Positions 26,948 through 36,456 of a DNA stretch of 54,458 nucleotides are shown here, piece after piece (the first letter of the stretch is position 1; every line of letters begins with the position of its first letter). Under the pieces are notes generated by a model. That model ran no database searches and had not been told where the DNA came from. It saw nothing but the letters and a program-made list of their open reading frames with translations. The DNA comes from Fidelibacterota bacterium. Its GTDB lineage: Bacteria > Fidelibacterota > Marinisomatia > Marinisomatales > Marinisomataceae. The stretch lies in NCBI GenBank assembly GCA_029253045.1, contig JAQXAG010000093.1, positions 1 to 54,458 on the forward strand, written 5' to 3'. Position numbers and translations under genes: made by a program.

Positions 26948-27484
26948 ATGACACTAATTTCAACTATACTAGCAATAGGGTTAATACTTTTCTTAGTATT
27001 AATCTTATCATTCTTAAGAAAACCAAAAGTTTATACTTTTAAAAAAGAACAATTTGTTCCAAGTGATATGGATACGGTATTTGACTTTTTTTCAAGACCA
27101 GAAAATCTTGAAAAAATTACCCCTCCAGCTATGGGATTTCATATTATGACTCCTAAGCCTGTAGAAATGAAAGAAGGAGCAATTATTGATTATACTGTTA
27201 ATATTATGGGCATTCCAGCCAGGTGGAGAACGATGATAACCAGCTATAAGATAAATGAATTTTTTGTCGATGAACAGCTCAAAGGTCCTTACAGCTACTG
27301 GCATCATAAGCATTCATTTGAAGCTGTCGAAGGCGGAATAAACATTGTTGATGAGATTACCTATGCATTGCCATTAGAAGCTTTTAGAAGTATTGTACAT
27401 CCTCTATTTATTAAACCTCAATTGAAGCAAATCTTTAGCTTTAGATTTCAGATTATTCAGGATAAATTTAATAACAAAAAATAA
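26948..27484 (+). CDS. SRPBCC (cyclase/dehydrase-like) family protein with an N-terminal TM helix
   Basis: 178 aa with PENLEKITPP, GIPARWRTMIT and DEQLKGPYSYWHHKHSFE, typical of this SRPBCC subfamily as remembered. Confidence 0.65.
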   Translation: MTLISTILAIGLILFLVLILSFLRKPKVYTFKKEQFVPSDMDTVFDFFSRPENLEKITPPAMGFHIMTPKPVEMKEGAIIDYTVNIMGIPARWRTMITSYKINEFFVDEQLKGPYSYWHHKHSFEAVEGGINIVDEITYALPLEAFRSIVHPLFIKPQLKQIFSFRFQIIQDKFNNKK

Positions 27485-27534
27485 TGTTACTTCTTTGATG
27501 GTTGATCATCAAATTAAATGACCAATAAAAAATT

Positions 27535-28071
27535 ATGATTAAATATATTTTATCGCATACTAACGTTGCCATTAACTATTTTGGCTTTTCAATTGTATGG
27601 CTTTGCTGCGTTTACAGTGGAGCTCAAGGCATAACTGTGCTGGCATTATTACCTACGCTTGTATTTTTATATTTACATTTTATGATTGTTACAGACCATT
27701 TAAAGGAAGAAATCCAATTAATCTTAATAGCAGTCCTTATGGGTATTATTGTGGATTCAGGTTTTTCTTTTTTTGGGGTAGTATCCTATAATGGGAATAT
27801 CGCTTCTATTCCACATCTTGCTCCAATATGGATACTATGTATGTGGGCTGGATTTTCAGCACAAATTAATCATGCCATGAATAGATTAAGAGGCAAATAT
27901 CTTCTTATAGGTTTTTATGGACTATTAGCACCGCTAGCTTATATGGGTGGTGAAAAAATTAATGCAGCGACTATTACTGATGGAGATATTAATTATGCCA
28001 TTATTAGTATTAGTTGGGCCGTTAGCCTTATTGTTTTATTTAAAATATCTGAATATTTAATGGCAAAATAA
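27535..28071 (+). CDS. DUF2878-like integral membrane protein
   Basis: 178 aa with about 5 hydrophobic segments. The pattern APIWILCMWAGFSAQINHAMNRL...GLLAPLAYMGGEKINA resembles DUF2878 as remembered. It ends 2 nt before the efflux outer-membrane factor gene. Confidence 0.55.
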   Translation: MIKYILSHTNVAINYFGFSIVWLCCVYSGAQGITVLALLPTLVFLYLHFMIVTDHLKEEIQLILIAVLMGIIVDSGFSFFGVVSYNGNIASIPHLAPIWILCMWAGFSAQINHAMNRLRGKYLLIGFYGLLAPLAYMGGEKINAATITDGDINYAIISISWAVSLIVLFKISEYLMAK

Positions 28072-28073
28072 AT

Positions 28074-29495
28074 ATGAGATATTATTCTTTTGCAATTCTA
28101 TTAATATTAGCTCTGAATTCTTGTGCTAGTAAAGCAGCAATTGAACCTGAAGGTATCGTAGACAATATCCCAGAAAATTGGGGTATAGAAAATCCTATCG
28201 CAATTAACATATCTGAAATATGGTGGAATGAATTCCAAGATGAAAAACTAAATAAATTTTTATCACAATTTTTAGCTGAAAATATTAATCTTGAGCAAGC
28301 AATGCTCAACACAAGAGTCGCAAAACAAGCTTCGGTCATATCAAGCTCCAATCTCTTTCCATCTATTGGGATTAGTGCAGCAGCATCAGAGTCTGAACAA
28401 AATTCGGCAGGATTTCCTCCCATATTTGCTACTCTCCTTGGTACTCAAAGCGATGAGATTGCTACATTTAATCAAGAGAATTATAATTTATCTTTAAGTA
28501 CACAATGGGAAATTGACTTGTGGGGTAAAATAAGACAAGGTAGGGTTGCAGGAAAACAGCAATATTTAGCTGCAAAATATAACTATACATACTATCAATT
28601 CTCGCTTACATCAGAAGCCACTAAGTTATATTTCTCAATTATTGAAGCAAAGCAATTAGCAGCAAATGCTGAAAAGAAATATAGTAATGCAAAAATTATT
28701 TTTGATTTATATACTAGTCGATATAATAAAGGAGTTATTTCATTGAAGGCTCTGCAACAATCTGAACTAATGCTCAACCTTACAAAGAGTGATTTAGAAA
28801 ATAAAAAAAGTATCTCTAAATCTTTAATTCGTGAAGCTAGAGTATTAATTAAAGAATATCCTAATCTAGAATTGGAGACTGCCAAAAATTTTCCAGAATC
28901 AATTCCTAACTTACCCTACTTACTTCCAGCTGATATTGTAAAGAGGCGTCCAGATTTAATAGCATCACAATATAATTTATTAGCATCGAAGGCACTTAAT
29001 AAGCAAGCTCTTCGATCACTATACCCTTCTTTTAGCTTGGTTGGATCGACCGGAGCATCCAGTAATATTCAAGATTTATTGAATGATGATTTTAGCGTTT
29101 GGAGTAAAGGAATTAATTTATTTGCTCCAATTTTTAACGCAGGAAAACTAGTAGCTAATAAAAAAATTGCAAAAAATAATAAAGAAATTGCCATGTTAGA
29201 GTTTGTAAATAATTTATTGAATGCTTACAAAGAGGTAGAATCGGGATTAGAGTTTGATAGAAGCACACAACTATCTTTAAATCTATTGAAAGATAACATC
29301 ATACTATCTGAATCTATTTATAGTACTACTTTTGATGAATTTCAAAAAGGTGTTTCAAGCATAGAAGATGTTATTAATGCAAATAATGCACTTTTTGATA
29401 ATAAAAACATGCTTGCTACAACAGAAAGAATTCGGATTGAACAAAGAATAAACTTAATATTGGCACTTGGAGGAGGGTTTACTTACAAACAATGA
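28074..29495 (+). CDS. Efflux outer-membrane factor lipoprotein (TolC/NodT family)
   Basis: 473 aa with lipobox LALNSC. It has WW..F.D..L, coiled-coil repeats and RPDL. The C-terminus is ALGGGF. It is followed by MFP and RND genes. Confidence 0.85.
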   Translation: MRYYSFAILLILALNSCASKAAIEPEGIVDNIPENWGIENPIAINISEIWWNEFQDEKLNKFLSQFLAENINLEQAMLNTRVAKQASVISSSNLFPSIGISAAASESEQNSAGFPPIFATLLGTQSDEIATFNQENYNLSLSTQWEIDLWGKIRQGRVAGKQQYLAAKYNYTYYQFSLTSEATKLYFSIIEAKQLAANAEKKYSNAKIIFDLYTSRYNKGVISLKALQQSELMLNLTKSDLENKKSISKSLIREARVLIKEYPNLELETAKNFPESIPNLPYLLPADIVKRRPDLIASQYNLLASKALNKQALRSLYPSFSLVGSTGASSNIQDLLNDDFSVWSKGINLFAPIFNAGKLVANKKIAKNNKEIAMLEFVNNLLNAYKEVESGLEFDRSTQLSLNLLKDNIILSESIYSTTFDEFQKGVSSIEDVINANNALFDNKNMLATTERIRIEQRINLILALGGGFTYKQ

Positions 29496-30634
29496 TTAAA
29501 TATTTAAGACCATTAATAATTATAGGTATTTCTACAGCTATTGCAGCCGTACTATACATGTTAGGCCAAATATCTCCTGATGCTATTCAAGAGAAAGACC
29601 CTATGGATGTCAATGTCCAAATTTTGACACCTATTGACTATCAAATAAAAATAAAATCAACCGGTACTACAACCCCTATCACGCAAACAGTCTTAACCTC
29701 TGAAGTAGGTGGAGAGGTTATTTATCGTTCTAAGAAATTCTCAGAAGGATCTTCTGTTATTAGTGGAGAGATTTTAGCTAAAATCGATGACACTGATTTA
29801 CAGCTTCAGTATAAAAATGCACTACTTCAATTAGCAAGTGCAGAAGTGCAATTTGCAGTTCAACAAGCGGAAGCAGAAATAGCTCAAGAAGCTTGGGAAC
29901 AAGTTGGTGAAGGAATTCCGCAAGAACTGACAACTAAAAAGCCGCAGTTAAAACAAGCAAAAGCAGCATTGGAAGTTGCAAAAGCTCAAGTGCAATCAGC
30001 AGAAAAAAAACTAAATAAAACAGAAATTACTGCTCCATATACAGGGCGTATACAAAATATTAACATTGATTTAGGTTCTACTATTATCCCTGGCCAACCA
30101 GTAGGATCAATGTATACTTCGAATGAAATTGAAGTTACTCTTTCAGTTAAGGATAGTGATTTGCAATTTTTAGATATACCAATGGACGGCAGAAAATTAA
30201 ACTCTGATCAAAAGTCTATTGTAATCATTAAATCTCTATATAAAGGTGAAATGCAAGAATGGGCTGGTAATTTAGAGCGTGTTGATGGTGTTATTGATCC
30301 AATGACCCGAATGATTAAGTTAATTGCAAATTTTAAAAATAATTTTATTGAAGAAACAAAGCCTATATTGCCAATTGGTTTATTTGTAGAAGCAGAAATA
30401 AACGGAAAACAGTTGGAAAATATTTTTATGATACCAAATTCTGCATTAACTCCCAATGACGAACTCTTGTTTTTAAATCAAGATGATGCTTTAGAAATAA
30501 GAAAAGTAAGCGTCCTTACTAAAATGAAAAATCATATTTTAGTAAAAGAAGGGATGAAAGCTGGTGAAAGAGTGGTTGTATCCAAATTAAGCATTGCAAC
30601 TAATGGAATGCTAGTCAACCCACGATATCAGTAA
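29492..30634 (+). CDS. RND efflux periplasmic adaptor (membrane fusion protein, HlyD family)
   Basis: 380 aa with an N-terminal anchor, a coiled-coil hairpin (LQLASAEVQFAVQQAEAE...AKAQVQSAEKKLNKTEITAPYTGRI) and an ATGA overlap with the upstream gene. Confidence 0.85.
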   Translation: MIKYLRPLIIIGISTAIAAVLYMLGQISPDAIQEKDPMDVNVQILTPIDYQIKIKSTGTTTPITQTVLTSEVGGEVIYRSKKFSEGSSVISGEILAKIDDTDLQLQYKNALLQLASAEVQFAVQQAEAEIAQEAWEQVGEGIPQELTTKKPQLKQAKAALEVAKAQVQSAEKKLNKTEITAPYTGRIQNINIDLGSTIIPGQPVGSMYTSNEIEVTLSVKDSDLQFLDIPMDGRKLNSDQKSIVIIKSLYKGEMQEWAGNLERVDGVIDPMTRMIKLIANFKNNFIEETKPILPIGLFVEAEINGKQLENIFMIPNSALTPNDELLFLNQDDALEIRKVSVLTKMKNHILVKEGMKAGERVVVSKLSIATNGMLVNPRYQ

Positions 30635-33600
30635 TGAGAGGTATAGTTACATGGTTCGTTAAGAATAGTGTCCCTGCGAACCTATTTATGTTTTTTTTAA
30701 TTTTTGGTGGATTCTTTGTGTCTTATCCAACAATGAAGTCCGAGTTCTTTCCTATTCCAGACCTTTCAACTATTACAATTAGCGTTCCTTATCCTGGAGC
30801 ATCTGCAAAAGAAGTAGAGTCTTCAATTTCCTCAAAAATAGAAGATAGACTTCAAGGTATTTCTAATATTAAAAAATTAAGATCATACTCGCTTGAGGGT
30901 GCTGGACTAATTACTATACAAGTTTTTGACAGTGGTGAAATTGATACCACTCTAGATGATGTGAAAACAATCATGGATGGTATAAGCACATTTCCACAAA
31001 ACAGTGAAGCTCCTGTCATTAGTAAGCTGGAACCTACCGAAAAAGTTCTAGATGTCATTGTTTATGGAGATGTTGATGAGCGGGTATTATTAAACATTAC
31101 TAAGCAAGTAAATAAAGAAATGAAAGAGCTGAGCGAAGTTTCGTTTACAGAAATTAATGGAGATAGAGATAAAGAAATTACCATAGAGGTTTCTGAAAAA
31201 AATCTTGAAAAATACAACCTAAGCTTTGATCAAATAACTATGGCAATTAATGCAGGTTCAATTGACTTGCCAGGTGGATTATTATCAAGTAAAAGTGGCG
31301 ATCTCTTAATTCGAACGGTTGGGCAGTCTTATAATGCTAATGAATATGAAAATATCGTCATTAAAGGTCAGCCTGATGGCAGTCAATTACTGCTAAAAGA
31401 CATAGCTACTATTACGGATGGCTTTATTGATGTAGAAAGTTATTATAGATGGGATGGTGTCCAAGCAATGTTTATTAGTGCAAATTTAGTTGGTGATCAA
31501 GATGTCCTTTTAGCTGCTGAACAATTAAGAAAATATGTTAAGAGTAAGCAGTCAGATATGCCTCCAAATGTGAGTATTGATTATTGGTATGATCAAGCGC
31601 GCTATCTCCAAGATCGTATTAATTTATTATATAGAAATTTTGCTATTGGAATAGTTTTAGTATTACTTCTTTTAACAATGTTTTTGAGGCCATCTGTAGC
31701 ATTCTGGGTGTCAATGGGTATTCCAATCTCTTTTGGAGGGGCATTAATTATACTTCCACTAATTGGTGTTACCGTAAATATTTTATCCGCATTCATGTTT
31801 ATTGTTGTGTTAGGTATTGTAGTTGATGATGCCATCATTGTGGGAGAAAATGTTTTTAGGAGGCGCGTTAAACTTAAAGAAAATAATATGGATTCAACTA
31901 TTAAAGGTACGATGGAAGTATTAATTCCTGTCTTTTTTGGAGTATTAACGACAATTGTTGTGTTTGCACCTATGCTTGATCTAGCTGGACAAACTGGCGA
32001 TATTTGGAAAGTATTTCCATTAACTGCTATTCCTATTTTAGTATTCTCACTTATAGAGTCTACTACAATTCTACCTGCACACTTGTACCATGCGGGTGAA
32101 TGGTTTCAGACAAGTTTTGTAGGCTTTGGTAAAAAATTAAAGGCTGTCAGAAATTATTGCTCAGAAAGACTTTATTTATTTGTAGATAATTTTTGGGTTC
32201 CTCTCGTTAAAAAATCTATTATTAGTCGATATGTCACTATTTCAGTTTTTATAGGAATGATGATTATGACTCTTTCTTTGCTTGCTGGAGGGTTAGTAAA
32301 ATGGCAATTCTTTCCTGTTCTAGAATCTGAAGAAGTTGGGATTGTATTCGAATTACCAGAGGGCTCTCCAATAGAGAAAACGCAAGCCATTACTGAAATT
32401 ATTGAAAGCGAAGCTCTCAAACTTAAACAAGAATTAAATACAACTGAGCCAGAAATAATTATTTCTCATGTCTTAACAACTGTTGGGAAGCATTACTTTG
32501 CAAATGCTGAAGCTCAAAGTAGTCCAAGTGGAGGTAATGTCACATCTTCATCTACACCACATCTTGGTGAGGTTGTTGTAGTCCTAACTCCTGCTGACAG
32601 TAGATGGGGATTAACTGGTGCATACGATGTTATTGATAAACTTCGTTCTCGTATTGGGACCATACCAGGTGTAGAACGACTAAATTACAGTGCTAATATT
32701 TTTACCGCCGGTAAATCAATTCACTTTGAGTTTTCAGGAGACAGTTTTAAAAAATTAAATCAAGTTGTTGCTGATACGCGAGTATTACTTTCTGGTTTTG
32801 CAGGTGTCTATGATTTAGCAGATACTGACACCAAAGGTAAAAATGAATTACAAATTGAACTATTACCTTCTGCCGAGGTTTATGGCATTACTGCTATGGA
32901 TATTGCGCGTCAGGTAAGGCAAGCATTCTTTGGTGAAGAAGTACAGCGCATTCAGAGAGCGGATGATGATATTAAGGTTATGTTAAAGCTTCCTAAAGAT
33001 GAGCGCGATAGCCTTGTAACACTAGAAAACATGAGAATACGAACTGCTCAAGGAATTAAGGTTCCACTCTATGCTGTTGCAAATGTTAAAGAAGTTGAAG
33101 GAAAAGCAACGATTGTTCGTGTGGATGGAAAGCGTGTTATTGAAGTAACGTCCGATGTTGATGTTTCTAAAAATACCTCTTCTATGATCTTACAAACAAT
33201 TGTATGGCCCGGCGGTCCATTTGAAGGACAACCAATGGGCAAACTTAAAAAGATTATGAATAAAACTCCTGGAGTAGATTTTGCACTAGCAGGAGAGCCA
33301 GCTGAACAAAGTGAACAGCTTGATGATATATTATTAAAATTTAGTATAGCAATTTTTGTTATTTATGTACTGCTTGCGATTCCACTTAAATCATATTTTA
33401 AACCATTGATTGTACTATCAGCAATTCCATTTGGCGTAGTAGGTGCAATTCTTGGACACTTACTATTTAATCAGCCAATGTCAGTGTTATCTCTACTTGG
33501 TGTGATCGCACTATCTGGAGTGGTAGTAAATGACAGTCTTCTTTTAGTTGTATTTGTAAATAGAGCTAAAGAAAAAGGTGTGGAAACTAGAAAAGCTGTC

Positions 33601-33843
33601 CTAGATGCAGTCCGTACAAGATTCAGACCGGTTGTACTAACTTCGATGACAACATTCTTAGGTATTGTTCCATTATTATTGAATCAAAGTACGCAGGTAT
33701 TATTTTTAAAGCCTATGGCTATCTCACTTGGGGTTGGAATATTATTTGCAACAAGTATCATATTACTGCTTGTTCCTGTTGCTTATGTGATTATTGATGA
33801 TTTTATTCTGCTTTTAGAAAGACTGACTAAGAAGGCCAATTAA
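30634..33843 (+). CDS. RND efflux transporter permease (AcrB/CzcA family)
   Basis: 1069 aa with the 12-TM, two-large-periplasmic-loop layout. Conserved TM4/TM10-type segments are present (LGIVVDDAIIVGENV; LSGVVVNDSLLLV). Confidence 0.95.
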   Translation: MRGIVTWFVKNSVPANLFMFFLIFGGFFVSYPTMKSEFFPIPDLSTITISVPYPGASAKEVESSISSKIEDRLQGISNIKKLRSYSLEGAGLITIQVFDSGEIDTTLDDVKTIMDGISTFPQNSEAPVISKLEPTEKVLDVIVYGDVDERVLLNITKQVNKEMKELSEVSFTEINGDRDKEITIEVSEKNLEKYNLSFDQITMAINAGSIDLPGGLLSSKSGDLLIRTVGQSYNANEYENIVIKGQPDGSQLLLKDIATITDGFIDVESYYRWDGVQAMFISANLVGDQDVLLAAEQLRKYVKSKQSDMPPNVSIDYWYDQARYLQDRINLLYRNFAIGIVLVLLLLTMFLRPSVAFWVSMGIPISFGGALIILPLIGVTVNILSAFMFIVVLGIVVDDAIIVGENVFRRRVKLKENNMDSTIKGTMEVLIPVFFGVLTTIVVFAPMLDLAGQTGDIWKVFPLTAIPILVFSLIESTTILPAHLYHAGEWFQTSFVGFGKKLKAVRNYCSERLYLFVDNFWVPLVKKSIISRYVTISVFIGMMIMTLSLLAGGLVKWQFFPVLESEEVGIVFELPEGSPIEKTQAITEIIESEALKLKQELNTTEPEIIISHVLTTVGKHYFANAEAQSSPSGGNVTSSSTPHLGEVVVVLTPADSRWGLTGAYDVIDKLRSRIGTIPGVERLNYSANIFTAGKSIHFEFSGDSFKKLNQVVADTRVLLSGFAGVYDLADTDTKGKNELQIELLPSAEVYGITAMDIARQVRQAFFGEEVQRIQRADDDIKVMLKLPKDERDSLVTLENMRIRTAQGIKVPLYAVANVKEVEGKATIVRVDGKRVIEVTSDVDVSKNTSSMILQTIVWPGGPFEGQPMGKLKKIMNKTPGVDFALAGEPAEQSEQLDDILLKFSIAIFVIYVLLAIPLKSYFKPLIVLSAIPFGVVGAILGHLLFNQPMSVLSLLGVIALSGVVVNDSLLLVVFVNRAKEKGVETRKAVLDAVRTRFRPVVLTSMTTFLGIVPLLLNQSTQVLFLKPMAISLGVGILFATSIILLLVPVAYVIIDDFILLLERLTKKAN

Positions 33844-33848
33844 AATAA

Positions 33849-34463
33849 TTATGCTTCAAATTGTGCATAGCTAGGATATCCAGATCTAGCAGGATCTTCG
33901 TAGTCAATCTTGATAATTGCTTTCTTTAATATTCTTTTTAAAACAATTAAACGATCGTTTTCTGACTGACTTTTTAAAAGAATTTTCTTTGCTCTTTTAT
34001 CAATGTCTAACATTGAGGCAATTTCAAAAGAGCTTTTTGGCATATTAATCTGTGGAATCTTTGAGGATGCTCCCAGCTTTAGTAATACTTCATATAAAAA
34101 AACATTAGCTTCTTGCAGTAATGACTCATCTATGGTGTCATCAATATCGTTCCAAGTTTTAACATACGCCTGCTTGTAAGATTCAGAAGTATTATAACTC
34201 TTGACGATAAATCTTTCCACGCCAGTTACCAAGATATCATACTCTCTGCTGTCATTTTCTCCGCCAACTAATTGCTCGATTGAAGCAGTACAGCCAATTA
34301 CTAGAGAATCACTATTTTTTGAATTGATAATACCAAATTTTTTATTGTTCTTTAGGCAGTGCTCAATCATCTTTTTATATTTTTCTTCAAATATATGTAA
34401 AGGTAATTTTTCACCAGGAAGGAGAACTAAAGGTAGTGGGAAAATTGGGATTTTATCATTCAT
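33849..34463 (-). CDS. LON N-terminal (substrate-binding) domain protein
   Basis: 204 aa with IPIFPLPLVLLPGEKLPLHIFEEKYKKM, a typical stand-alone Lon N-domain. Confidence 0.75.
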   Translation of the reverse strand: MNDKIPIFPLPLVLLPGEKLPLHIFEEKYKKMIEHCLKNNKKFGIINSKNSDSLVIGCTASIEQLVGGENDSREYDILVTGVERFIVKSYNTSESYKQAYVKTWNDIDDTIDESLLQEANVFLYEVLLKLGASSKIPQINMPKSSFEIASMLDIDKRAKKILLKSQSENDRLIVLKRILKKAIIKIDYEDPARSGYPSYAQFEA

Positions 34464-34511
34464 ACTACTATCAAACTACATATAGTTTTATTAATATTCA
34501 CTAGCAATCTT

Positions 34512-34808
34512 ATGAAAAAAGATATTATAGATCACTTAGCACTTTGTACTGATGATATCGCCAAATCAGTAGCATGGTATTCAGATAATTTTACGTGTCA
34601 TGTACTTTATCAAGATGATTCTTGGGCAATGCTTGAATTTGAAAATGTTAAATTAGCATTAGTGCTTCCCGACCAACATCCTTTCCACTTTGCAATATTA
34701 AAAGATGATGTTGAGAGTTATGGAGAACCTGTTACTCACCGAGATGGATCAGTTTCAGTTTATATTAAAGATCGCTCAGGTAATAATATTGAAATTCTCA
34801 GATACTAA
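34512..34808 (+). CDS. Small VOC/glyoxalase-family protein
   Basis: 98 aa with IDHLALCTDDI...FENVKLALV...HFAI...IKDRSGNNIEI, one beta-alpha-beta-beta-beta module pair. Confidence 0.6.
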   Translation: MKKDIIDHLALCTDDIAKSVAWYSDNFTCHVLYQDDSWAMLEFENVKLALVLPDQHPFHFAILKDDVESYGEPVTHRDGSVSVYIKDRSGNNIEILRY

Positions 34809-34886
34809 TCGTTTGCTACTAGATTTTTTCTGTTATAAAATTAGCCAGCCTACCAGTTAGGTTTAATAAAAAAAGGGGAAAACAAA

Positions 34887-35330
34887 ATGTTCAAAAAAAT
34901 ATTCGCAATAACATCAATTTTATTCCTAGTTGCATGTGGAGGTGGATCGACCGCTGAAGCTACTGTAGTTAATATTGGTTCATTAGGATCAGAAATGAAA
35001 TTTGATGTAGAAGAATTCACTGTTAAAAGTGGCTCTAAAGTAAAAGTTGTTATGAAAAATAATACTCCATCTGACTTTATGGGCGCAATGCTTCACAATG
35101 TTGTAATTTTAAAAGATGAGTCAGCTGCTCCAATGATCATTCAATTAGCTGAAGGCAATGGCGGAGAACCATATGCTGATGGAAGAATTTTAGCAATGAC
35201 ACCATTAGCTGATAAGCAAGAAGAGACATTTATTGAATTTACAGCACCTTCAAAGCCAGGTAGATATTTATATGTTTGTACATATATTGCTCATGCAGGA
35301 TCGATGCGTGGCTATATGATTGTTGAATGA
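34887..35330 (+). CDS. Azurin-like blue copper (cupredoxin) lipoprotein
   Basis: 147 aa with lipobox LVAC|GGG. An upstream His is in MLHNVVIL. The C-terminal ligand loop YVCTYIAHAGSMRGYM has azurin-type C-x4-H-x3-M spacing. Confidence 0.8.
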   Translation: MFKKIFAITSILFLVACGGGSTAEATVVNIGSLGSEMKFDVEEFTVKSGSKVKVVMKNNTPSDFMGAMLHNVVILKDESAAPMIIQLAEGNGGEPYADGRILAMTPLADKQEETFIEFTAPSKPGRYLYVCTYIAHAGSMRGYMIVE

Positions 35331-35364
35331 TATAAAAATTCTATATATATTCCTTCTCTGTAAT

Positions 35365-35379
35365 TGAGATTCAATCTCA
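35365..35379. promoter_or_regulatory. Candidate operator: perfect 7-1-7 palindrome TGAGATT-c-AATCTCA (Fur-box-like geometry) 24 nt upstream of the Fe(3+) ABC importer start
   Basis: The palindrome was read directly. Each half matches the classical 7-1-7 Fur motif TGATAAT-n-ATTATCA at 5 of 7 positions. It sits in the 73-nt gap before the iron-binding protein gene. Confidence 0.35.
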
Positions 35380-35403
35380 TAAAATTGATGTAAAAGAATA
35401 TAT

Positions 35404-36453
35404 ATGAAAATAAACAAATTTTTATTGCTAGCCTTGCTGATAGTGCCAATAACGCTGGTATTTCTAACTAATACAAATGAGGAAGTTCAAAACGAAGAGG
35501 TCAATATTTACACCTCAAGACATTATGATGCCGATAATTTTCTTTATGAACAATTCACAAAGAAGACAGGAATAAAAGTGAATATAATTTCCGGTAAAGG
35601 AAGTGCTCTTATTGAAAGACTAAAAGCTGAGGGCATTAATTCACCGGGGGATGTTTTTTTTACAGTAGATGCAGGGAATTTAGCTAATTTTCAGAAACAA
35701 GGTTTTCTACAATCTATTCAATCTGAAATCATAAAACAATCCGTACCAGTGGAACTCAGAGGAGAGAACGATGAATGGGTAGCTGTAGCAAAAAGAGCAA
35801 GGGTAATTTTTTATAATCCAGAACTTGTAAGTGAAGGTGAAATTAAAGATATTAATTATGAAGACTTAGCAAGCGATGTATGGAAAAATGGAGTTGCAAT
35901 AAGAAGCTCATCAAATATGTATAATCAATCTTTAGTTTCTTCTCTTATTTCTAATCTAGGCATTGATGAGACAGAAAAATGGGCTAAAGGTTTAGTTTCT
36001 AATTTTGCTAGAAAACCACAAGGGAATGACAGATCACAGATAATGGCAGTAGCTAATAAAGAAGCATCGATTGCGATTGCTAACACATACTATATCGGAA
36101 TCATGTTATCTGGTAAAGGCGGAAAAGAACAATTAAATGCTGCACAGAAAGTTAAAATAGCATTTCCAAATCAAAATAATAGAGGTGCTCATATTAATGT
36201 TAGCGGAGGTGGAGTTTTGAAACACTCTCCGAATAGAGAAAATGCTGAAAAGTTTTTAGAGTTTCTTTTAAGTGAAGAAGCTCAAGTTCATATTGTAAAC
36301 AACACTTTTGAGTATCCCGTTTTAGAGTCTGTTAAACCTCATCCAATAATAGAAAGTTTTGGTGACTTTAAAATGGATAAAACATCTATAGCCGATTTTG
36401 GTAAATATAATCCTGAAGCAGTTAAGCTCATGGATAGAGTAAGTTGGCAGTAA
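35404..36453 (+). CDS. Fe(3+) ABC transporter periplasmic substrate-binding protein (FbpA/AfuA-like)
   Basis: 349 aa with a signal peptide, VNIYTSRHYD..., DVFFTVDAG and ANTYYIG. It is followed by a two-module permease and an ATPase. Confidence 0.85.
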   Translation: MKINKFLLLALLIVPITLVFLTNTNEEVQNEEVNIYTSRHYDADNFLYEQFTKKTGIKVNIISGKGSALIERLKAEGINSPGDVFFTVDAGNLANFQKQGFLQSIQSEIIKQSVPVELRGENDEWVAVAKRARVIFYNPELVSEGEIKDINYEDLASDVWKNGVAIRSSSNMYNQSLVSSLISNLGIDETEKWAKGLVSNFARKPQGNDRSQIMAVANKEASIAIANTYYIGIMLSGKGGKEQLNAAQKVKIAFPNQNNRGAHINVSGGGVLKHSPNRENAEKFLEFLLSEEAQVHIVNNTFEYPVLESVKPHPIIESFGDFKMDKTSIADFGKYNPEAVKLMDRVSWQ

Positions 36454-36456
36454 AGC

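Noticed and set aside
26854-34463. tRNA-Phe might be the attachment site of a genomic island carrying the SRPBCC/DUF2878/RND genes.
   Set aside because: No integrase, recombinase or other mobility genes are present. I could not find a direct repeat of the tRNA 3' end, and composition is similar to the flanks.
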